From an uncultured Thermodesulfobacteriaceae bacterium (lineage in GTDB: Bacteria > Desulfobacterota > Dissulfuribacteria > Dissulfuribacterales > UBA3076): 34,873 nt of DNA. The notes beneath the pieces were generated by a model. It ran no database searches. It worked only from the letters and a program-made list of their open reading frames with translations, and had not been told where the DNA came from. The DNA is taken from assembly GCA_964585405.1 (NCBI GenBank), contig CAZPDU010000070.1, forward strand, positions 1 through 34,873, read 5' to 3'. Positions 9,365-16,734 of this stretch are shown here, piece after piece; positions within the stretch are counted from its first letter, which is position 1; every line of letters starts with the position of its first letter. A program made the position numbers and the translations under genes.

Positions 9365-10276
9365 ATGAATTTAGCCCCTATAGTTCTTTTCGTATACAAC
9401 CGCCCGTGGCACACTCAACAAACTGTTAAAGCTCTCCAGAAAAATGAGCTGGCTGATCTGAGTGACCTGTTCATCTATTCAGATGGCCCTAAAGACGATC
9501 AAAGTCAAGAAACGGTTCAAAAGGTCAGAAAGTATATTCATACTATTGATGGATTTAAGACATTAACTGTTCAAAAACGAGAAAAAAATTTGGGTTTAGC
9601 CAATTCCATTATTTCTGGTGTTACAGAAATAGTTAACAAATATGACCGGATTATTGTATTAGAGGATGATATAACCACGTCACCCTATTTTTTGAGATAT
9701 ATGAATGATGCTCTTAATTTTTACCAAGACGAAGAGAGAATAATGCATATCTCCGGCTATATGTTTCCAGTTAATTACATAGGACTTCAGGAAACTTTTT
9801 TCTACCGAGTCACGTCATGCTGGGGATGGGCAACGTGGAGCCGAGCATGGAAGTATTTCAAAAAAGATGTCAAATGGGTATATCAAATTTTTTCGAAGGA
9901 AGAAAGAAGAGCCTTCAACCTCGACGGCAGTCACAATTTTTGGTCTCAAGTAGAAGGCAATAAATTAGGCAAATTAAATAGCTGGGCAATTTTTTGGTAT
10001 GCCTCGGTCTTCAAAAACCAAGGTCTATGCCTGCATCCCTGTCAGTCACTCACTAATAATATCGGACATGACGGTTCCGGAATTCATTGCGGCAATTCCA
10101 AAAAATTTACGGTTTCGCCTATAGATAAACCTATTAGCTATTTTGAGACCTCAATCAAAGAGGACCAGTTAGCTTTAGCAAGAATGAAGTCTTTTTATCG
10201 CCGCCACGATGGAAATATTATTCAACGTTTGGCCGGTTCTTTAAAACAAAAATGTTTCTATAATGCAGTCCATTAA
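9365..10276 (+). CDS. GT-A fold glycosyltransferase (GT2-like)
   Basis: APIVLFVYNRP, IYSDGP, NLGLANSI, IIVLEDD, SCWGWATW, NIGHDGSG. Confidence 0.9.
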   Translation: MNLAPIVLFVYNRPWHTQQTVKALQKNELADLSDLFIYSDGPKDDQSQETVQKVRKYIHTIDGFKTLTVQKREKNLGLANSIISGVTEIVNKYDRIIVLEDDITTSPYFLRYMNDALNFYQDEERIMHISGYMFPVNYIGLQETFFYRVTSCWGWATWSRAWKYFKKDVKWVYQIFSKEERRAFNLDGSHNFWSQVEGNKLGKLNSWAIFWYASVFKNQGLCLHPCQSLTNNIGHDGSGIHCGNSKKFTVSPIDKPISYFETSIKEDQLALARMKSFYRRHDGNIIQRLAGSLKQKCFYNAVH

Positions 10277-11129
10277 TAAGGAACGCGAAATATCATTTAG
10301 AGATATTTGCTTGGCTGAGAGCGATAAAAGGGAAGTTGAAAGACTGTTAAAAATATCACCTCATAATCCACCTCAACTGGAGGATATATGGATGTTGATG
10401 GACAAAGTATGGGATGAGTTTGGATGTGATAATCGGAAACCGGACTGGAAAAACATCAGAAAATTTTATTCTCATCCAATATGGTTATTAAATGGACTTT
10501 TTATTGAACAACATGATTTGTCAATGCAACGCAGGAATGCAATCAGTGATTGGATTGATTATAATCCTTCTATAAGAAAAATATTGGACTACGGCGGCGG
10601 TTTCGGCACGCTGGCCAGATTAATTAATAACAAAAAACCCTCTTTATTAGTGGATATATATGAACCACACCTTTCTTATTATTCAAGACAAAAAATATCC
10701 GATTATCCCCAAATACAATTTATTAGTAAGATTAAAGACAGGTATGATGCCCTTGTAAGCACCGATGTGCTCGAACATGTACCTGATCCTCTGAAAACAT
10801 TTGAGGAAATGATTTTATCTGTCAAGAATAATGGGTATTTGATTATTGCCAACAATTTTTTCCCGATCATAAAATGCCATCTGCCACAAACATTTCATTT
10901 AAGATATACTTTTAATATATTTGCAAAACTTATGGGTCTGGTAATTTGTGGACCATTAGAAGAAAGCCATGCAACGATATTCAAAAAAAATAGTAATAAA
11001 CCTGTTAATTGGCGAATTGTCAGGCCGTTAGAAAAAGTATCTAAAGGTCTCTTTCCTTTCCTTCAGTTTTCCAAACCGGTTTTAAGACCGATTTACAAGT
11101 TTGTGAAACATGAATATTCTTCACGTTAA
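10263..11129 (+). CDS. Class I SAM-dependent methyltransferase
   Basis: ILDYGGGFG motif I, YDALVSTDVLEHVPDP, NGYLII. Confidence 0.9.
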   Translation: MQSINKEREISFRDICLAESDKREVERLLKISPHNPPQLEDIWMLMDKVWDEFGCDNRKPDWKNIRKFYSHPIWLLNGLFIEQHDLSMQRRNAISDWIDYNPSIRKILDYGGGFGTLARLINNKKPSLLVDIYEPHLSYYSRQKISDYPQIQFISKIKDRYDALVSTDVLEHVPDPLKTFEEMILSVKNNGYLIIANNFFPIIKCHLPQTFHLRYTFNIFAKLMGLVICGPLEESHATIFKKNSNKPVNWRIVRPLEKVSKGLFPFLQFSKPVLRPIYKFVKHEYSSR

Positions 11130-12351
11130 TGCCTATGATATCTCAGGCGGCGCAGCGCGTGCCGCTCACCGAATCCATAAAGGTCTGCAAGGAATTGGCG
11201 TAGGCTCAAAAATGCTTGTGCAGACCAAATCAAGCGATGACAAATCCGTCATAGACCCTGGCAATAAACTTAAAAGAGGGCTTGCCCTGCTTCGCCCTAC
11301 TTTTGATTCTGCTTTTAAAAAACTTTCTTCAGGAGGCTCTAAAACAATCTTCTCACCCGCATGGCTCCCTTTTTCAGGCATTCTTTCTCAGATTAATTCT
11401 ATTTCGCCGGATATTATCCATCTCCATTGGATTTGTGACGGCATGCTGCGGATTGAAGAGCTTAAACGAATTAATAAACCAATAATCTGGACTTTGCATG
11501 ATATGTGGTCATTTACCGGCGGGTGTCATTACAATGATGGTTGTGAACGCTTTCAGCAAGCCTGTGGCAGTTGTCCGCAATTGAATAGAAGCGGTAAAAA
11601 TGACCTGAGTCGTTCTGTATTGAGACGTAAAAAAAAGGCATGGAGTAAACTTAATATTACCATTGTAGCACCAAGCACCTGGCTTGCTGAATGCGCAAAA
11701 GAAAGCAGCTTGTTCAGCGGACGCCGCATGGAGGTGATTCATAACGGATTAAATTTAAATTTGTTTAAACCGATTAATAAAACCACTGCTCGCAAGATAT
11801 GGAATTTACCAATCAACAAAAAGTTGATTCTCTTTGGGGGAATGAGTGCAACCGGTGATCTCAGGAAGGGATTTGACCTGCTTTATGAAGGGCTAAAACA
11901 ATTATCTGCCCAATGGTCAAACGGAGCAGAGTTGATAGTTTTTGGTTCAAGTGAACCGGAAAACCCGCCTGATTTTGGCCTGCCGGTGCATTATCTGGGG
12001 TATTTGTATGATGATGTAAGCCTCGCGCTTCTATATGCTGCGGCAGATGTTATGGTTACTCCGTCAAAACAGGATAATCTGCCGAATACGGTTGTGGAAT
12101 CATTGGCCTGTGGCACATCTGCTGTAGCATTTGATGTCGGCGGTATGCCGGATATCATTGAACACAAAATAAACGGTTACCTTGCAAAACCCTTTGATAC
12201 CTTTGACCTTGCTGCCGGAATTGACTGTGTATTGTCTGATGAAAAAAGATATAGAGATCTGTGCATAAAGGCCCGAGAAAAGGCGGTGACCTGTTTTGAC
12301 ATCGAAAAGATAGCAAGGCAGTATGCTGAGTTGTATGAGTCGATTATTTGA
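11110..12351 (+). CDS. GT4 glycosyltransferase (WcaC-like)
   Basis: GGAARAAHR, DIIHLHW, WTLHDMWSFTGGCHY...C...CGSCP, RKG, DNLPNTVVESLACG. Confidence 0.93.
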   Translation: MNILHVNAYDISGGAARAAHRIHKGLQGIGVGSKMLVQTKSSDDKSVIDPGNKLKRGLALLRPTFDSAFKKLSSGGSKTIFSPAWLPFSGILSQINSISPDIIHLHWICDGMLRIEELKRINKPIIWTLHDMWSFTGGCHYNDGCERFQQACGSCPQLNRSGKNDLSRSVLRRKKKAWSKLNITIVAPSTWLAECAKESSLFSGRRMEVIHNGLNLNLFKPINKTTARKIWNLPINKKLILFGGMSATGDLRKGFDLLYEGLKQLSAQWSNGAELIVFGSSEPENPPDFGLPVHYLGYLYDDVSLALLYAAADVMVTPSKQDNLPNTVVESLACGTSAVAFDVGGMPDIIEHKINGYLAKPFDTFDLAAGIDCVLSDEKRYRDLCIKAREKAVTCFDIEKIARQYAELYESII

Positions 12352-12382
12352 TTAATTGTCTATATTAAAAAGACAGGTGAGC

Positions 12383-13306
12383 TTAAATTGACTTATGATT
12401 GGTTTTTGAAAAACTTTCTGCTTGAATCAAGTAGATGCCTCGATGAATTAGATAGCTAATTACATAACGTAAAATATTAAGCCCTAATCCTATAAAATAG
12501 CATCCTGGTATAGGATAATGTTTTTTAAAAAGTGGGGAAAGCTGTTGTATATCCCTATGAGAGCGTCTATTTTTAAAAGTTTCAAGAAATTGGCGAAATG
12601 TGAGGATTCCAGGGCTTTGAGCCAAGGATGTCTTTTCTTGATCAATAAAGACTTTTGTGTCTGTCGCAATAAAGAGCGGTATTCCGGATTTGCGGCATCT
12701 TATGTAAAAGTCATGATCTGCATAATAGTGAGGCAGGCTTTCGTCGTCAAGCAAACCTATGCGTTTAAATATTGAAGCAGGTATCAGAACACCTCGCCCC
12801 CCTGCAATAAGTTTGGTCTCTACAAGGCCATTATGTGCCTTTTTCTTGGCTGCGCTTATATTTCTGGTAGCCAAAAAAGTTGGGAAACCGATTAATAAGG
12901 CTGTTCTTGCTGTTATTACAAGGACTTTACCCGTAGACGCATCGCACTGAACAGGGGCTATAATGGCTTCACCCTTAATCTGTTTAAGACGATTAACCAA
13001 TTTTTCAATTGTGTCTGGTTCAAGAAAACAGTCATTATTCAAAAGCATTACTGCATCAGCGCCTCTTTTTAAGGCCTCTTTTATTCCTAAATTAGTTGCT
13101 CCTGACCACCAAAGTTTTTCGCTTCCTATTACTCGAATTACTTCAGGAAATTCTAGCTGTAATTCAGACTTGGTATTATCCGTAGAGCCGTGATCTACTA
13201 CTATGACTTCAAAATTTGTGTATGTACTTTTTTGCATTGATTCCAGACATAGGCGAGTTTGCCTCCACCCGTTATATGCCGGGATGACTATGAAAACCTT
13301 AATCAT
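12383..13306 (-). CDS. GT2 glycosyltransferase (WbbL/rhamnosyltransferase-like)
   Basis: IVIPAYN, VVDHGSTD, LWWSGATN, LLNND, HYYADHDF. Confidence 0.9.
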   Translation of the reverse strand: MIKVFIVIPAYNGWRQTRLCLESMQKSTYTNFEVIVVDHGSTDNTKSELQLEFPEVIRVIGSEKLWWSGATNLGIKEALKRGADAVMLLNNDCFLEPDTIEKLVNRLKQIKGEAIIAPVQCDASTGKVLVITARTALLIGFPTFLATRNISAAKKKAHNGLVETKLIAGGRGVLIPASIFKRIGLLDDESLPHYYADHDFYIRCRKSGIPLFIATDTKVFIDQEKTSLAQSPGILTFRQFLETFKNRRSHRDIQQLSPLFKKHYPIPGCYFIGLGLNILRYVISYLIHRGIYLIQAESFSKTNHKSI

Positions 13307-13322
13307 GAATATATCTCGTGCT

Positions 13323-14222
13323 TTAAAGCCGTTTAGAATAATAATCTCTCAAAAGACCCTGTACCCCAGCGGGGAGTGAGCTTACAGCCAGAGATAGAAA
13401 AGCGCTCATGCTCGGATACGTTTTGATTGAATGGGCAAGATCCTGACGTGCCTTTGTCATATTACCATAATAGAGGGCATGTTGACCCCAATAACGAAAG
13501 GCCTCCGCCATTATAATTCTTTTTTTTTGCATATAGATATGAGGGGCTCGATTTAATGCCTTATCTATTATCTTAAAATAATCTGTTCTCATCTGTTCAA
13601 AAGGTTGAATAGTTGAATAACTATTTTTTTGCTTGTGAACCCTTACTAAAGGTTCTGGAATTTCAATGACCCGAGAAATCTCGCCCAATCGAATCCAAAG
13701 ATCAAGATCCTCCCTTGTCTTTAACGATTCATCAAAACCACCAACTTTATCCAAAAATTTTTTTCTACATAACGTGGAGGAAGTACATTGCAAAGGATTT
13801 GGCCATAAAATAGTATGCCATTTATTTCGGCTTGGAGAACGGTAATTACGTATTGTTTCTCCCCCCTGTTCATCTCTGCGTATTTGCCAGCTATAGGTTA
13901 ATCCTGCCGAATTATCTTCTTGAATGATGCCAACAGCCTTTTCCAGATATCCGGGAAGCCATTCGTCATCAGCATCCAAAAAAGCTGCAAATTCTCCCTT
14001 GCATTCAGCAATACCGCAATTACGCGCAGCAGAAGGGCCGGCTTGCTTTTGGAAAATATAATGCACTTTACTTCCAAATTGTTTTACTACTTTACTGGTA
14101 TTATCAGTAGAACCATTATCTACGACAATAATTTCATTTTGGACTTTTTGTGTTAAAGCTGAACGGATAGCACGCTCAATAAAAGATTCACTATTATATG
14201 CGGGGATAATGACAGACAACAT
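13323..14222 (-). CDS. GT2 glycosyltransferase
   Basis: SVIIPAYN, VVDNGSTD, GPSAARNCG, FLDADD, GGFDE, EDLDLW. Confidence 0.93.
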   Translation of the reverse strand: MLSVIIPAYNSESFIERAIRSALTQKVQNEIIVVDNGSTDNTSKVVKQFGSKVHYIFQKQAGPSAARNCGIAECKGEFAAFLDADDEWLPGYLEKAVGIIQEDNSAGLTYSWQIRRDEQGGETIRNYRSPSRNKWHTILWPNPLQCTSSTLCRKKFLDKVGGFDESLKTREDLDLWIRLGEISRVIEIPEPLVRVHKQKNSYSTIQPFEQMRTDYFKIIDKALNRAPHIYMQKKRIIMAEAFRYWGQHALYYGNMTKARQDLAHSIKTYPSMSAFLSLAVSSLPAGVQGLLRDYYSKRL

Positions 14223-14293
14223 TTTAATATTTATGTAGTATATGAGTGTTATAATATATTTTTAGATTCTGATTTTTTAACAGGATTATCAAT

Positions 14294-15493
14294 CTATGGC
14301 TTAGTCCTTTTAAAAGATTGTATTGCCTCTTCATACAGCTGATTATATTGTTTTGCTGTATTGTTCCAGGTTAGCTCATGTTCCAGCATCCATTTACGGC
14401 CAGCAAGGCCGGCTGCCTTGAGATCTCTTTTGCCCTTGATTATATCATCAAGGGCAATTGATAACGCATTTTCAGCCCCTGGAGGCACTAACCATCCAGC
14501 TTCACTATTTGTAACCAGTTCACGCGTTCCATCAATATCTGTGGCCAACACAGGCATGGCTGCCGCCATTGCCTCGTGGACTACACTGGGCCTGCCTTCC
14601 AGATAACTAGGGAGAATAAAAAGGTGATGATCTCCCATCAGTTCTGCAATTTGAGCTGGAGACACATTTCCCAAAAAATGCACATTTGCATCAATTCCTA
14701 AAATGGCCGCAAGTGAGCTCAGATAGCCTTTTTCAGGCCCGCTTCCAACCACAGTCAGCATCCATGGGAAATCAGTTTTTGAAATAGCTAACGCTTTTAA
14801 AAGCACGTCTAAACCTTTACGGGGAATCAAGCTTCCAATGAAAAGTAGCTTAAATGGCGACACGGAAACACTTTGACGATTGCGAGGCACGGCATAAAAG
14901 ACATCGTCGGCACCATCTGAGACAAATTTGATCTTTTCAGTCATGTCTGGATTTTGTCTTTTGAGCTCATTCGTAATCGCCTGACTCACTCCGATTGTAA
15001 AACTGGAACCTTTAAGGGATTTATTGTGCAGCCAAGAAAAAGGCCCAAGCTTTTTTGCCTTGTGAATATCTGATCCCCTGAGGGTAGTGACAACTGGTTT
15101 ACGGTGTATAGGTTGGGTTAATATTGCTACGGCCCCGCAGGCAGACCAGTGGGCATGTATAATATCATTCCGTTTGGCCAGCTTAATAAGTGATAAAGCC
15201 ATACTGCTCAGAAAAGGCGGAAGCAGTCCATATAGCAAGGGTTGTTCAGCCAGTGCCGTAGGTATTCCTCCCGGTTGCTGAGCTAAACGTTGCCAGTACC
15301 ATGGCGCATAACGAAAACGGATAACATTATAGTTATTAGGCCAGGTTGCACATTGAATGCCTGAAGGAGTCAATACGGTACACACAAGGTCTAGTTTTAT
15401 TTCCGCCAGTACCAGCCTGTGTACGAAAGGGCCTGAAATATCACTAGGGCTGGATGGATATGACGTTGTAAGGTGTAGTATCCGCAATGTCAT
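14294..15493 (-). CDS. GT4 glycosyltransferase
   Basis: LTTSYP, IIHAHW, FIGSLIPRKG, EGRPSVVHEAMA (ExxxxxxxE). Confidence 0.93.
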   Translation of the reverse strand: MTLRILHLTTSYPSSPSDISGPFVHRLVLAEIKLDLVCTVLTPSGIQCATWPNNYNVIRFRYAPWYWQRLAQQPGGIPTALAEQPLLYGLLPPFLSSMALSLIKLAKRNDIIHAHWSACGAVAILTQPIHRKPVVTTLRGSDIHKAKKLGPFSWLHNKSLKGSSFTIGVSQAITNELKRQNPDMTEKIKFVSDGADDVFYAVPRNRQSVSVSPFKLLFIGSLIPRKGLDVLLKALAISKTDFPWMLTVVGSGPEKGYLSSLAAILGIDANVHFLGNVSPAQIAELMGDHHLFILPSYLEGRPSVVHEAMAAAMPVLATDIDGTRELVTNSEAGWLVPPGAENALSIALDDIIKGKRDLKAAGLAGRKWMLEHELTWNNTAKQYNQLYEEAIQSFKRTKP

Positions 15494-15788
15494 TATTGAA
15501 GGCCTTGATTATAGTCCATGTCAAACCACATGGCGCAAAAAAGAACTGCAGTCCAAAAATATAAGGAAATGCGGAAAAGAGTGTATTGGCTTTGTTTACG
15601 GTACCTTTTCGGTTACGATCAAGTAGCATGATAGATCTCTAAAAGTAAAACACATTTTGTAAGAGTTAGACCTAACAATACACTTTCCAATAATTGAGTT
15701 TCGCCCATAGTTTTTACTAATAAGATATTCTTTTACAATTTTCTGAACGGTTTATTAGTTGTGTTGAGGTATAGAAAATTGACGTGAA

Positions 15789-15822
15789 GTGAAACTCCCC
15801 GCCATAAATGGCCGGGTATTCC
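15789..15822. repeat. Imperfect GC-rich palindrome resembling a REP or IS200/IS605-type end
   Basis: GTGAAACT-CCCCGCCA-TAAA-TGGCCGGG-TATTCC: 8-bp stem with one mismatch in an AT-rich spacer. Family resemblance is from memory, not from a search. Confidence 0.35.
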
Positions 15823-15885
15823 GCATGGATTTTATAAAGATACATACTTAGAAGCAGTAGGATGCAAATGGCAGAAAATTATTTT

Positions 15886-16734
15886 TTATTCCACTCGATC
15901 ATAGCGCATCTGGGTAATCTGTTCAGAAATGAGCCCCATCAGAAAAACCATTATTCCAACACTTAGGAGTAATGCCGACATATTTGTAAAACTGTGGTGT
16001 GTGCAATAACTATATATATAATATACCAGGCCAGTGAGTAAGAAAAAGGCACTAACCGGTAAAAAAATCCTCATCGGTGAAAATAGTGTTGCGATGCGCA
16101 GAATAATAAGGATAAATCTTGAACCATCCTCTAAAAGCTTTATTTTGCTTTCACCTATTCTTCTGTGCTGACAAATTGGAACGTACTTGATTGTATAGCC
16201 GCTTCGAAGATAGGTAAGGGTACTGGTTGTCGGATAAGAAAATGTATTGGGAAAGAGATACAGAAATTTTATTACTTTATCCTTATGTAAGACCCTGAAG
16301 CCGGATGTAAGATCCTTTATTGGGTATTTGGCAACGTAAGAAGCCAGTTTGTTGTAAAACCAATTAGCTATTCTACGCCCTAATGAGGCGTGATTAATAG
16401 AACTGCGGGCACCAACCACCATGTCGTAATGTTCCGACTCCTCAAGAAGCCTTGCGATATCAGCCGGATCATGTTGCCCGTCTCCATCCATCAACACTAT
16501 TAAGTCTCCCGAGGCGTTTCGTATACCTGTCTTAACCGCTGCCCCATTGCCGATGTTATAAGGATGCTGAATGACCTTTGCCCCGGCCTCCCGAGCCTTA
16601 TTTGCAGTGTTGTCCGTGCTGCCGTCATCAATCACGAGAATCTCAAAATCAGGGTAAAGTGAATTGATGTGAGCAACTATTTGGCCGATTACGGTCTCTT
16701 CATTATAGGCAGGTATAACTATCGATATATTCAC
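15886..16734 (-). CDS. DPM1-like GT2 (polyprenol-phosphate glycosyltransferase) with two C-terminal TM helices
   Basis: IPAYNEE, IDDGSTD, NIGNGAAVKTG, MDGDGQHDP, DMVVGAR, DLTSGFR, RRIGESK and a hydrophobic C-terminus. GTG start overlaps the OST stop (GTGA, 16734-16731). Confidence 0.92.
   Translation of the reverse strand: MNISIVIPAYNEETVIGQIVAHINSLYPDFEILVIDDGSTDNTANKAREAGAKVIQHPYNIGNGAAVKTGIRNASGDLIVLMDGDGQHDPADIARLLEESEHYDMVVGARSSINHASLGRRIANWFYNKLASYVAKYPIKDLTSGFRVLHKDKVIKFLYLFPNTFSYPTTSTLTYLRSGYTIKYVPICQHRRIGESKIKLLEDGSRFILIILRIATLFSPMRIFLPVSAFFLLTGLVYYIYSYCTHHSFTNMSALLLSVGIMVFLMGLISEQITQMRYDRVE

Noticed and set aside
7295-15493. Reading the cluster simply as a Wzx/Wzy O-antigen or capsule locus
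   Set aside because: No Wzy, Wzz, Wza/Wzc, WaaL or ops/JUMPstart element seen, and the only terminal transferase is the OST. Shared use for LPS via genes elsewhere cannot be excluded.
15444-15629. 61-aa minus-strand ORF with a short hydrophobic stretch upstream of the GT4 gene
   Set aside because: It overlaps the GT4 start by 50 nt in another frame, with no RBS and no family resemblance.
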